A DNA stretch of 64,000 nucleotides from Acidimicrobiia bacterium (lineage in GTDB: Bacteria; Actinomycetota; Acidimicrobiia; Spongiisociales; ZC4RG35), in NCBI GenBank assembly GCA_041751055.1, contig JBGSYD010000047.1:71875-135874 (forward strand), given 5' to 3'. Positions within the stretch are counted from its first letter, which is position 1. Each line of letters begins with the position of its first letter. Below are positions 36,742 to 46,232 of the stretch, one piece after another. The position numbers were made by a program, and so were the translations under genes. The notes under the pieces are model-generated. The model was not told the DNA's origin and ran no database searches. It saw only the letters and a list, made by a program, of their open reading frames with translations.

Positions 36742-38616
36742 ATGACCACACTCGCTGAACGCCCGTCGGCTCCGTCGACCGATCTTGGTTTCCGGACCGA
36801 GGCAGCCATGGTGCGCGAATGGGCCGAGAAACGACCCAACGCCGTGGCCATGCGGGAAAAAGATTTCGGGATCTGGCAAGAGATCACGTGGTCCGAATTG
36901 TGGGACAACATCCTCAACGCAGCGCACGGCTTGTTGGCCGTGGGGGTCGATGTCGGAGATCGCGTGTCGATCCAATCGGAGGATCGCCCGGAATGGGTGA
37001 TTCTGGATCTGGCGACGGTTGCGGTGCGCGGAATCACGGTTGGCCTGTATCCGACCAATCCATCACCCGAAGTCGAGTACCTCTTGACGGACTCCGAGGC
37101 AGAAATACACCTGGCCGAAGATCAGGAGCAGGCCGACAAAGTGATGGAGGTCGAGGCGTCGCTTGCCCATCTTCGCAAGATCATCCATGTCGAACCGCGC
37201 GGCTTCAAGAAATGGCGTGACGACCAGCGGTTCATCTTTTGGGATGACTTCATTGCCATGGGGCGCGCACATCGCGAGAAGAACCCTGGCGCAGTCGAGC
37301 AGAGGATGGCCGAGGCGACGGCGGATGACATCATCACCCTCGTGTATACCTCGGGGACCACCGGCCCTCCCAAGGGCGCAATGTTGACAAATGCCAACTT
37401 CAGTTTTTGTGTGGAGACCATCGTCAACACGCCGGGCCGGACCGGTGGTCAGCCACCGGGCCCCGATGATCTGCTCCTCACCTATCTGCCCCTGTGCCAC
37501 GTCGCGGAACGGATTTTCTCGACATGGACGATGGCAGCCAATGGCTGTTCATTGAACTTTGCCGAGTCCATAGAAACAGTCCAGGTAAACCTGCGGGAGA
37601 TCCAGCCAACGATCTTCTTCGCTGTCCCGAGGATCTGGGAAAAGATCCATGCGTCCATTGCGATCAAAGGCCGAGACGGCACCTTCTTCAAGAGGCTTTG
37701 GTTCGGTTTCGGAATGAAGCTTGCCTCCTACATCGGCAAGGAGCGCGTCGCCAATGACGGAAATCACACCTTCGGGTCACGAATTGCCTACGCCATCGGG
37801 TATCCGCTGGTCTTTCGGGCCCTGCAGGAGCGGATCGGTTTACGCCGAACGCGTTATGCCTCCACTGGGGCTGCCGCCATCGCACCGGAGGTGATCCGGG
37901 ACTTCCTCGGAATGGGCATTCCGATATGCGAGCTCTACGGGATGACGGAGAACTCCGCCATTGCGACGACCAACTTCCCGAAACGGAACAAGGTCGGGAC
38001 AGTCGGCGAGCCCTATCCGGGGATCGGGCTTCGGATCGACGAGGAGACCGGCGAGATTCAGACCAAACACCCGGGTGTGTTCAAGGGCTACTGGCGCAAA
38101 CCCGAGAAAACAGCTGACACATTCACCGACGACGGCTGGCTCAAGACTGGAGATGTCGGGGAATGGGTTGATGGCACACACGTGAAAATCGTCGATCGGA
38201 TCAAAGACATAATCGTCACTTCGGGTGGAAAGAATATTTCGCCCTCTGAGATCGAGAACTCCATCAAGACTTCGCCTTATGTCAAAGAGGCCATGGTCAT
38301 CGGTGATCGACGTAAGTACCTCGTGGCTTTGGTAGGGATCGAATTCGACGTTGTAGGTGATTGGGCTACCCGTCGCGGCATCCCTTATACGACCTATCGC
38401 GACCTGACGGAGAAACCCGAAGTCATCGATCTCATCCAGGGGGTCGTCAACGAAACCAATGAGAAGTTTGCACGTGTTGAGAATGTCAGGAAGTTCCAGA
38501 TGATTCCCAAAGAGCTCGACCACGAAGACGGTGAGCTGACCGCCACCCAGAAGCTCAAGCGCTCAGCGATGGAAGACATGTTCCGGGAATTGATCGAGGA
38601 CATGTACAACTCCTGA
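36742..38616 (+). CDS. long-chain-fatty-acid--CoA ligase (AMP-dependent synthetase)
   Basis: AMP-binding motif LVYTSGTTGPPKGAM and later ligase motifs (YGMTE, GWLKTGD, IIVTSGGKNISPSEIE). Confidence 0.85.
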   Translation: MTTLAERPSAPSTDLGFRTEAAMVREWAEKRPNAVAMREKDFGIWQEITWSELWDNILNAAHGLLAVGVDVGDRVSIQSEDRPEWVILDLATVAVRGITVGLYPTNPSPEVEYLLTDSEAEIHLAEDQEQADKVMEVEASLAHLRKIIHVEPRGFKKWRDDQRFIFWDDFIAMGRAHREKNPGAVEQRMAEATADDIITLVYTSGTTGPPKGAMLTNANFSFCVETIVNTPGRTGGQPPGPDDLLLTYLPLCHVAERIFSTWTMAANGCSLNFAESIETVQVNLREIQPTIFFAVPRIWEKIHASIAIKGRDGTFFKRLWFGFGMKLASYIGKERVANDGNHTFGSRIAYAIGYPLVFRALQERIGLRRTRYASTGAAAIAPEVIRDFLGMGIPICELYGMTENSAIATTNFPKRNKVGTVGEPYPGIGLRIDEETGEIQTKHPGVFKGYWRKPEKTADTFTDDGWLKTGDVGEWVDGTHVKIVDRIKDIIVTSGGKNISPSEIENSIKTSPYVKEAMVIGDRRKYLVALVGIEFDVVGDWATRRGIPYTTYRDLTEKPEVIDLIQGVVNETNEKFARVENVRKFQMIPKELDHEDGELTATQKLKRSAMEDMFRELIEDMYNS

Positions 38617-38647
38617 TGGAGACCTCGCACAAAGTCTGGAGTTCGCA

Positions 38648-39610
38648 TTGCTGATCCTGGCCCAAGCAGCGAACGAAGGGTCGAATGAGCTAGCCCAGCT
38701 ATTTGTTCAGGGGATGTCGTTGGGCTCGATCTATGCGTTGTTGGCTATGGGTTTCGTGATCATCTTCAAGGCAACCCAGGTGCTCAACTTCGCGCATGGA
38801 GCGCTTGCTGCCACCGGCGCATTCCTCGTCGCTGTCTTCGCCACGGTGTGGGACATCCCGGCCCGCTGGATGCCCGATGCACCCATTTGGATCAGCTGGA
38901 CCCTGGCAGTCCTCCTGGCTCTCGTCTTTGCCTTCCTTTTGGGAATGCTCCTGGAGCGAATATTCATCCGGCCGATGATCGGCGAAGAACTCTTTGCCGT
39001 GGCGATCGTCACCCTTGGGGTCGATATCGTATTGCGGTCCATCACAAACGACTTCATCGGTACCAACTCACGTCCACTGGCAGATCCGTGGGGGACCAAG
39101 GTTGTCGAACTGGGGTGGGTGCGCATCGCGCACACCGAGATAGTCCAGCTGAGCGTCACGTTGGTGTTGGTCCTCGCAGTGGCCTGGTTTTTCCGGACCC
39201 GCACCGGCATCGCCATGAGGGCTACCGCTTTCGACCAGGAGGCTGCCCGGGCTCAGGGGATCAATGTCGGTCGAATCTTCAGTATCTCCTGGGGCATCGG
39301 TGCAGCACTCGCCGCAGTTGCCGGCGTATTTCTCTCACTTTTTCCCCGACGTGCGGCGGGCCTCGATACACAAACCGCCTTTGTCGCGTTTGCCGCATTT
39401 CCCGCAATTGTGCTGGGTGGTCTGGACTCGGTGGTCGGGGCAGTCATCGGAGGTCTCATAATCGGCCTGGCGCAGGCTTACTCCAATTTGCTCCCGTGGG
39501 AGTTTCTCGGGTCGGGATTCGGAGGTGTGGTCCCATACATCGTGATGCTCATCGTCCTTTTCATCAGGCCATACGGGCTGTTCGGCACCGAAGAGATCAG
39601 AAGGGTATGA
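38648..39610 (+). CDS. branched-chain amino acid ABC transporter permease (LivH-type)
   Basis: TTG start. The N-terminus ...GSIYALLAMGFVIIFKATQVLNFAHG is the LivH signature. Multi-pass membrane protein. Confidence 0.8.
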   Translation: MLILAQAANEGSNELAQLFVQGMSLGSIYALLAMGFVIIFKATQVLNFAHGALAATGAFLVAVFATVWDIPARWMPDAPIWISWTLAVLLALVFAFLLGMLLERIFIRPMIGEELFAVAIVTLGVDIVLRSITNDFIGTNSRPLADPWGTKVVELGWVRIAHTEIVQLSVTLVLVLAVAWFFRTRTGIAMRATAFDQEAARAQGINVGRIFSISWGIGAALAAVAGVFLSLFPRRAAGLDTQTAFVAFAAFPAIVLGGLDSVVGAVIGGLIIGLAQAYSNLLPWEFLGSGFGGVVPYIVMLIVLFIRPYGLFGTEEIRRV

Positions 39611-39614
39611 GGCG

Positions 39615-40892
39615 ATGAGAGGGCGCCCCATGCTCTATACCAGCTATGAGGCTGACCAGGCCATGGTCAACACTTTTACCAAGCGGGTTGTCCTCTTCCT
39701 CTTCGTGGTTTTCCTGCTGACGATTCCTCTGCTTCAGCCTGGAGCTCTGGGTGGAGGAGATTCACCCACAGGTTCGTTTCCTGGCTTCGACTTCTTGGGT
39801 TCGAGCGATTGGCTGAAACTGCTCACCACCGTCCTGATCTTTGCAATCGGTGCCCTAGGCCTGAATATCCTCACCGGGCTCGCCGGGCAGGTGTCGCTCG
39901 GTCACGCATTTTTCATGGGACTTGGTGCTTATGTGGCGGCGGTGGTCGGCACGCCTGGCGGGGCCCTGTGGGGACTCGGACTGCCGATCTGGATTTGGCT
40001 TCCGATGGCCGGCTTGATCCCGGCCGTTGTCGGAATCCTCATCGCCCCTACCGCGGTGAGAGTTCGTGGGCTCTATCTGGCGATCGTGACGTTGGGTCTG
40101 GTCTTCATCGGGGAGTATCTGTGGCGCAATCTCGATTTCATAACGGGAGGTGCCCAGTCGGGCCGGTCCCATCCTCCGTTTGAGATCAAGCTTTGGAACG
40201 AGGAAGTGCCGCTTATCGATTTCACGTCGGACGGGACCTGGTTCGGCATTTTCAACCTGTCCAGCGAAGCCAAGACATACCTGTTCTTATTGGTGATCAC
40301 TGTCGTCTTCGTACTGTTTGCCAAGAACATCCAACGGACGCGCGTCGGTCGGGCTTTCATGTCGATCCGGGATCGTGATATCGCCGCCGAGATCATGGGG
40401 GTCAACGAGTACAAATACAAGACCATGGCTTTCGGGATCTCGTCGTTCTTCGCTGGAATCTCAGGGGCGTTGCTGGCCAGTTTCGTCGGACGATCGATTC
40501 CCGAAACGTGGATCTTGTTCCTCTCGGTTCAGTTCATCGCGATCATCCTCATCGGCGGGGCGGGGACGGTGTCGGGTACACTGATGGGTTCAGCGTTTGT
40601 GATATTGCTTCCGCGGATCATCCGGGACTTCACCCAGTGGATGCAAGGCGTGGTTCAGTCCGGGGAAGGTTTCCTTTCCAAGATATTCGACGTCGTGGTG
40701 TCCACAGGTGACGGCGACTTCGGATTGATCAACACTTCGCCGGGGGTGGCCCCGGGTCTGGGGATAGACCAACTCAATCTTGTTATTTACGGTCTTCTGA
40801 TCATAGGTTTTCTAGTCTTTGAGCCATTGGGCCTTTACGGAATATGGCTCAGAGTCCGCAATTATTGGAAGGGTTGGCCGTTCACATATTGA
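39615..40892 (+). CDS. branched-chain amino acid ABC transporter permease (LivM-type)
   Basis: Hydrophobic 425-aa product following LivH. The start is ATG 39615 or the in-frame ATG 39630. Confidence 0.8.
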   Translation: MRGRPMLYTSYEADQAMVNTFTKRVVLFLFVVFLLTIPLLQPGALGGGDSPTGSFPGFDFLGSSDWLKLLTTVLIFAIGALGLNILTGLAGQVSLGHAFFMGLGAYVAAVVGTPGGALWGLGLPIWIWLPMAGLIPAVVGILIAPTAVRVRGLYLAIVTLGLVFIGEYLWRNLDFITGGAQSGRSHPPFEIKLWNEEVPLIDFTSDGTWFGIFNLSSEAKTYLFLLVITVVFVLFAKNIQRTRVGRAFMSIRDRDIAAEIMGVNEYKYKTMAFGISSFFAGISGALLASFVGRSIPETWILFLSVQFIAIILIGGAGTVSGTLMGSAFVILLPRIIRDFTQWMQGVVQSGEGFLSKIFDVVVSTGDGDFGLINTSPGVAPGLGIDQLNLVIYGLLIIGFLVFEPLGLYGIWLRVRNYWKGWPFTY

Positions 40893-40940
40893 GCGGTCGC
40901 ACATGAGACATTGAGGTGTCTCGAATTAAATGAGGAGGAT

Positions 40941-42311
40941 ATGAAAAAGATGAAGATCAAATCCAAGTGGTTTGCCATCTTCCTCGTTCTCGGTCTCGTG
41001 GTTGCCGCCTGTGGTGACGGCACTGTTGACGAGACGACGACGACGGCGGATGTGGGACAGACCACTACAACCGGCGGTGGCGGTGAAACCACTACCACGG
41101 CCGAGCAAACGGTCGACCCGACTGTTGATGTGGGAGTGGATCTGGAGGCAGGAACTATTCAGGTAGGACTGCTGTCGGACCTAACGGGGCCATTTGGCCC
41201 GCTCGTCTCAGCGATCGTGGCCGGGCACAATGCCTACTGGGCAGATGTCAATGCAAATGGTGGGATTCACGGGCTGATGGTCGAGTTGAAGACCGTTGAC
41301 ACCGTTTATGACGTCACCAACCATGTCCAGTTCTACAACGAGCTCAAGGACGAGGTCGTGGCGTTCGGGCACTCGACCGGTTCGCCGCACACAGTGGCGA
41401 TCAATGCCGACCTCCAGGCCGACGGAATCCTTGCGATCCCGCTCACCTGGTACTCGGGTTGGTCCGATCCCGCGATCAACTCCAACCTGGTTCCCCACGG
41501 TGCGCCATATTGCATCGAGGCGATGAACCTGATCGAATACATGGTCGATCAATCGGGTGTAGACACGCCGACTATCGCCATTGCTTCGCTGGCAGGTGAC
41601 TACGGACTCGACTCCGCCGCGGGGGCCGCCCTCGCAGCCGAGGCCTTGGGTCTTGATGTCGTTTATGACGGCACGGGTGCTTTGGTCAACGGTGACGACG
41701 CGTCGTATGCGGACATTGCCGGGAAGATCGTGGCTGCTGACCCCGACCTCGTGTTCCTCACGGCAACACCTGGATCATTCTCAGGCGTTTACGGTCAGGC
41801 AATAGCGACCGGCTTCGAAGCAATCTGGAGTGGTGCGTCACCATCGTGGAACCCGGCATTTGTTGCCGAGGACTCCCCGATTCGTGAGGCGATTGCCCGC
41901 GACATGATTACCTCGTCGTATTACGAGCCATGGGACGGAACTTCGAACGGGGCTGCGCGAGTGCGTGACCTGATGACAGCGGCCGGAGCACCTCCGACCG
42001 ACTTCTACGGTGAGGGCTTCATCGAGGCATCGATTCTGCATCAGGCGCTGTTGCAGGCTTACGACAATGGCGACCTGACCCAGAAGGGTGTCCTGGCGGC
42101 AGCGAAATCGCTGACGTCGGTGGACTTCGATGGGCTCGGCCCGACCGAGGTCTACTCGGGTGAGCCGAATGACATTGTCCAGCGGGCACAGTGGATCACT
42201 CGTCCAAGTCTCACCTCAGAGACCGGCACGGAGATCGTCGAAGAGAACTACACATCTGACATTGCCGCAGCATTCGAATTCACGGGTGCTTGCTACGTGT
42301 TGGAAGGTTGA
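40941..42311 (+). CDS. ABC transporter substrate-binding lipoprotein (Leu/Ile/Val-binding family, type I PBP)
   Basis: Start after GAGGAGG. Lipobox VVAACGDG, followed by a Thr/Gly-rich linker (TTTTADVGQTTTTGGGGETTTTAEQ) and a periplasmic-binding-protein fold. It sits between Liv permease and ATPase genes. Confidence 0.75.
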   Translation: MKKMKIKSKWFAIFLVLGLVVAACGDGTVDETTTTADVGQTTTTGGGGETTTTAEQTVDPTVDVGVDLEAGTIQVGLLSDLTGPFGPLVSAIVAGHNAYWADVNANGGIHGLMVELKTVDTVYDVTNHVQFYNELKDEVVAFGHSTGSPHTVAINADLQADGILAIPLTWYSGWSDPAINSNLVPHGAPYCIEAMNLIEYMVDQSGVDTPTIAIASLAGDYGLDSAAGAALAAEALGLDVVYDGTGALVNGDDASYADIAGKIVAADPDLVFLTATPGSFSGVYGQAIATGFEAIWSGASPSWNPAFVAEDSPIREAIARDMITSSYYEPWDGTSNGAARVRDLMTAAGAPPTDFYGEGFIEASILHQALLQAYDNGDLTQKGVLAAAKSLTSVDFDGLGPTEVYSGEPNDIVQRAQWITRPSLTSETGTEIVEENYTSDIAAAFEFTGACYVLEG

Positions 42312-42328
42312 TCTAGCGACCTAGTGGA

Positions 42329-42353
42329 CGGGGGTGAGCATCGCTCACCCCCG
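42329..42353 (+). terminator. GC-rich stem-loop (11-bp perfect stem, 3-nt loop) 18 nt after the substrate-binding-protein stop; intrinsic terminator/attenuator-like, without a U-tract
   Basis: cgggggtgagc-atc-gctcaccccc g is perfectly self-complementary. It lies between the SBP stop (42311) and the next ATPase start (42433). Confidence 0.4.
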
Positions 42354-42432
42354 GGTCCACACTGTTAGATATTGGTTGTAGGTGTCGAGCGCACCCAGAG
42401 CCAATGGCTAACCCGAGACGGAAACTGCGCAG

Positions 42433-43224
42433 ATGCTGAGCCTTGAGAACATCGAGGTTGTCTACAACGACGTCGTCCTGGTTCTCCGCGGGATTTCCAT
42501 AGAGGTCCCTGACGGGAAGATCGTCGCCTTGCTCGGCGCAAACGGAGCCGGAAAGACCACAACCTTACGTGCCATCACCGGTCTGCTCGATATCCACGAG
42601 GGAGACATCACCAAAGGGGAGATTGTCTTCGATGGCGTTGACATCACCCATGAGGATCCTTCGGCCCGGGTGCGACGCGGAATCAGCCAGGTTATGGAAG
42701 GACGCCGGGTGTTTGCCGAGCTTTCTGTTGAGGAGAATTTACGTGCAGGCGCCTATGTCAATCGAGACAATGCGGCCGTCATAGATGCCCGCGACCGGGT
42801 GATGACTCTCTTTCCAAGGCTGGCAGAACGCAAGAATGCCACCGCCGGGTACCTGTCTGGCGGCGAACAACAGATGCTTGCAATCGGACGTGCCCTGATG
42901 CAAAACCCGAAGTTGCTCATACTCGACGAGCCTTCACTGGGTCTCGCACCGATGCTGGTGCAAGAGGTTCGTCAGATTATCCAGTCGATCAACGAGCAAG
43001 GGACGTCGGTGTTACTGATCGAGCAGAATGCGAACATGGCACTATCCATCGCCCACCATGGGTACATCATGGAAACCGGGAAGATGGTTATGGACGGTAA
43101 GCCCGAGAAATTGCTGAAGGATGAAGACGTGCAGGAGTTCTACCTAGGTCTGCACGCCACCGGTGAGCAGAAATCCTTCCGCGACGTGAAACACTACAAA
43201 CGACGTAAGAGGTGGCTTTCGTGA
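42433..43224 (+). CDS. branched-chain amino acid ABC transporter ATP-binding protein (LivF-type)
   Basis: Walker A GANGAGKTT, the LivF hallmark LSGGEQQMLAIGRALM, and the C-terminal EFYLG. Confidence 0.85.
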   Translation: MLSLENIEVVYNDVVLVLRGISIEVPDGKIVALLGANGAGKTTTLRAITGLLDIHEGDITKGEIVFDGVDITHEDPSARVRRGISQVMEGRRVFAELSVEENLRAGAYVNRDNAAVIDARDRVMTLFPRLAERKNATAGYLSGGEQQMLAIGRALMQNPKLLILDEPSLGLAPMLVQEVRQIIQSINEQGTSVLLIEQNANMALSIAHHGYIMETGKMVMDGKPEKLLKDEDVQEFYLGLHATGEQKSFRDVKHYKRRKRWLS

Positions 43225-43333
43225 ATCATCTTTGGGTGGAGCGGCAGCCCCGGCCGACCGGCGTCTGTTTGGCCGGGTCACGAACCTCTGTGGGTGTGGC
43301 TGAGGGTGGTCCCCGGTCACGCGCCGACTTCGG

Positions 43334-44242
43334 GTGTCGGAGGCGTTCGGTCAAAGTCGGCCGGCAATCAAACAGGTGGCTGTCGTGACGTCGGAGGTTC
43401 GCGGGCGGCTGCACCGTCGTGCGGAGCGGTCCGGTCCCAAAGAGTACGAACACCTTTTGGACGTCGACAACCTCAATCTGTCTTTCAAGGGAGTCAAGGC
43501 GATCGACGGTGTCTCTTTCCACGTTGATGACGGTGAGTTGTTTGCGATTATCGGTCCCAACGGTGCGGGTAAGACATCGCTCTTCAACTCGATAAACCAG
43601 GTTTACAGACCGGAAGAGGGCGACATCCGTTGGAAAGGCGAGAGCTTGATGGGCTTGAAGCCGAACAAGACAGCTGAGCTCGGGATTGCCCGGACTTTCC
43701 AGAACATCGCCCTGTTCCCGCATATGACGGTCACCGAGAATCTCCTGACCGGTCGGCATGTGCGCATGCGCTCGGGTTGGCTGGCGGGATCAATTTGGTG
43801 GGGCAAAGCGAAGAAGGAAGAGATCGAGAATCGAGCCATTGTCGAGGACATCATCGACTTCCTGGAGATCGAGCAATGGCGGAAGTATCCGGTCGGCCTC
43901 CTTCCTTATGGCATCCAGAAGCGGGTTGAACTTGGCCGGGCACTCGCCATGGACCCCGAGCTTTTGCTGCTCGATGAGCCCGTGGCCGGGATGAACCTCG
44001 AAGAGACCGAGGACATGGCCAGGTTCATTCTCGACGTCCAAGATGAGTTGGGGATCGCCCTGATCCTCGTTGAGCACGATATGGGTCTCGTTATGGACAT
44101 TGCTGACCGTGTCCTCGTTGTCGACTTCGGAAAGCCGATCGCAACCGGGGTGCCTGCGGAGATACAGAAGAATCCCAACGTGATCAAGGCATATCTCGGC
44201 GAAGAGTTGGAGCCAGATAGCGGTCTGGCATCTGGCAACTAG
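43334..44242 (+). CDS. branched-chain amino acid ABC transporter ATP-binding protein (LivG-type)
   Basis: Walker A GPNGAGKTS, the LivG hallmark GIARTFQNIALFPHMTV, and the C-terminal KAYLGEE. The start is uncertain (GTG 43334 or GTG 43385). Confidence 0.8.
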   Translation: MSEAFGQSRPAIKQVAVVTSEVRGRLHRRAERSGPKEYEHLLDVDNLNLSFKGVKAIDGVSFHVDDGELFAIIGPNGAGKTSLFNSINQVYRPEEGDIRWKGESLMGLKPNKTAELGIARTFQNIALFPHMTVTENLLTGRHVRMRSGWLAGSIWWGKAKKEEIENRAIVEDIIDFLEIEQWRKYPVGLLPYGIQKRVELGRALAMDPELLLLDEPVAGMNLEETEDMARFILDVQDELGIALILVEHDMGLVMDIADRVLVVDFGKPIATGVPAEIQKNPNVIKAYLGEELEPDSGLASGN

Positions 44243-44245
44243 TCG

Positions 44246-45136
44246 GTGCACAAGTTGCCGGCACCCGGCCTACCCGACTGGATCGCCCGGGATCTCCCGT
44301 TCGAACGATATCGACTCGAAGTAGAACCGGGTCTCGCCATGCATGTCATGGAGCAAGGCGAAGGTCGACCGATAGTCCTCTTTCACGGAAATCCAACCTG
44401 GGGGTACATCTATCGGAAAGTGGCCGAAGAACTACGCGGCGAGTCAATTCGGTTGATCATGCCCGATCTGGTCGGCCTCGGATTTTCGGATCGACCCCCT
44501 ACCGCCGCCGACCACACGCTGGCGAACCATTCACGATGGGTCGCGTCGTTGCTACGGCTGATGAAGCTCGAAGATGTGGTGGCGGTTGCTCAAGATTGGG
44601 GTGGGCCAATCAGCATGCATGCCCTCCGTCAGGACCCCGGCATGATGACCGGCCTGGTTGTGATGAACACCTCGCTGACGCCGCCGCGGCCCGGGTTCAA
44701 GCCAACGACCTTTCATCGTTTCTTCTCAACCCGGCTTGGCGATTTCGCGACCCGCTACCTCGGACTCCCGCAACGAGCTCTGTGGTTGGCCCAGGGAGAC
44801 CGCTCCTCGATTTCTGGACATGTCAGGAAGGCCTACACATTCCCATTGTCACTTTCGCGCGGCAACGGTGCTGTCGCCGCTTTGGTTCGTATGGTTCCTG
44901 ACTCGATGGGACATCCGTCGGTGCCCTTGCTGAGGGAGATAGAGGAATTCGTCGGTTCGTTCTCCGGGCCGTCAGCGATCGTGTGGGGGAGTAGAGACCC
45001 GGTTCTGGGACGTCTGCTGCCACGCCACCAACGGCTACTGCCGAATGCAATGGTCACCGAGACCAGCGCCGGGCACTTCGTTCAGGAGGAGGTGCCTGGC
45101 GAGGTCGCCGCAGCAATACGTGCCCTGGCTTCTTAA
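44246..45136 (+). CDS. alpha/beta hydrolase (haloalkane-dehalogenase-like)
   Basis: HGNPTWGYIYR, the nucleophile region AQDWGGPI, and a C-terminal SAGHFVQEE region resemble haloalkane dehalogenase / epoxide hydrolase alpha-beta folds. Confidence 0.7.
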   Translation: MHKLPAPGLPDWIARDLPFERYRLEVEPGLAMHVMEQGEGRPIVLFHGNPTWGYIYRKVAEELRGESIRLIMPDLVGLGFSDRPPTAADHTLANHSRWVASLLRLMKLEDVVAVAQDWGGPISMHALRQDPGMMTGLVVMNTSLTPPRPGFKPTTFHRFFSTRLGDFATRYLGLPQRALWLAQGDRSSISGHVRKAYTFPLSLSRGNGAVAALVRMVPDSMGHPSVPLLREIEEFVGSFSGPSAIVWGSRDPVLGRLLPRHQRLLPNAMVTETSAGHFVQEEVPGEVAAAIRALAS

Positions 45137-45648
45137 CCGTTCCTGTTTGCGGCGAAATTCTTGACCGCTCGTTTGGCCATTGATCGCGTGATCGGAGCGT
45201 GCAATACCGAAACTGGAATCCAGTAAACCTTTCCTCTCCAACCATTCAGTTTGACCACCGTTGTGACTTGCAATAGACGACGGCTCGGGTTGATGTAAAC
45301 GGCGGCCCGGAAATCGAGGTGGGTGTCGTCTTCGGCGATGAGGGCCTCGCCACCCTCGACCCTGTCGATGTCGAACACTGACCTGTCGGCCCTGTCGACC
45401 CCGATCAACCGGACAAGTGCCTGGCGCAGACCAAGGAGGCCGATAACCCAGCGCGGAGCTGACTCGATGGAAAACACTCGTCCGGCCCACCAGGCCGGGT
45501 CATCCGGAATGGCTCCATCCGATGGCGGGATGGCGACCATCACCGCATCGGCAAAATCCGGGGCTGGAATATCTGCAAATGCTATCGACACCCCGACCGA
45601 CGGCTGGACCTGACCGTTCAAGGCCGCGATTCTCCGAGCAGTCTCCAT
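45133..45648 (-). CDS. DUF2867-like protein
   Basis: 171-aa soluble protein. The family is recalled from memory only. Confidence 0.4.
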   Translation of the reverse strand: METARRIAALNGQVQPSVGVSIAFADIPAPDFADAVMVAIPPSDGAIPDDPAWWAGRVFSIESAPRWVIGLLGLRQALVRLIGVDRADRSVFDIDRVEGGEALIAEDDTHLDFRAAVYINPSRRLLQVTTVVKLNGWRGKVYWIPVSVLHAPITRSMAKRAVKNFAANRNG

Positions 45649-46205
45649 GCACCGGGTAGAAGCAGGCCTGCCGCAGCGGCTTTGATCAGGTCTCCGAACA
45701 GGAACGGCACAACACCGTTGGCGAAGGCGGTCGTTAGATCCATCTCAGCAGCGTTCATAAGGCCGATCAGTCCAAACCCATAGATCAGGGCCGATCCGGA
45801 GATGAACGCGGTGAACATGCTGGGAAAGGTCCGGTCTTGCCTGCGTTCGGCCATCGAGCCAACAAGTGCGGCGGCGAAGATGAATCCGATCAGATAACCG
45901 CCCGTGGCTCCCTGGATGACCTCGATCCCACCGCGAGAGTCAGTGAATATCGGGGCACCGAGGGCGCCCACTGCGACATACAAGAGTTGCCCAGAAGCTC
46001 CGAGCTTGGTTCCCAACGCAGCGGCTGTGAGGAGGACAGCGAAGGTCTGGCCGGTGATCGGGACAGGGGTGAACGGAAGCTGGATTCGCCATTGCGCGGC
46101 GAGGGCCGTCAGGCCGGCTGCCGCGATTACCAGCACAGTCATCACGATTAGAGCAAGGACTCGACTCCTCGGAACGGCTCGTTGAGTGATAACTGCGGCG
46201 GTCAT
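45618..46205 (-). CDS. bioY: biotin transporter BioY (ECF S component)
   Basis: 195 aa with 5-6 TM segments and BioY-like patterns (PITGQTFAVLL, GGYLIGF). Confidence 0.7.
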   Translation of the reverse strand: MTAAVITQRAVPRSRVLALIVMTVLVIAAAGLTALAAQWRIQLPFTPVPITGQTFAVLLTAAALGTKLGASGQLLYVAVGALGAPIFTDSRGGIEVIQGATGGYLIGFIFAAALVGSMAERRQDRTFPSMFTAFISGSALIYGFGLIGLMNAAEMDLTTAFANGVVPFLFGDLIKAAAAGLLLPGAWRLLGESRP

Positions 46206-46232
46206 TAGGCACCTCTGCGCTGGCTTTGGGAG

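Noticed and set aside
40995-41110. Thr/Gly-rich low-complexity stretch (TTTTADVGQTTTTGGGGETTTTAEQ) as a possible repeat element
   Set aside because: It is in-frame inside the lipoprotein SBP, immediately after the lipobox Cys. This is a flexible tether typical of actinobacterial lipoproteins, not a DNA-level repeat.
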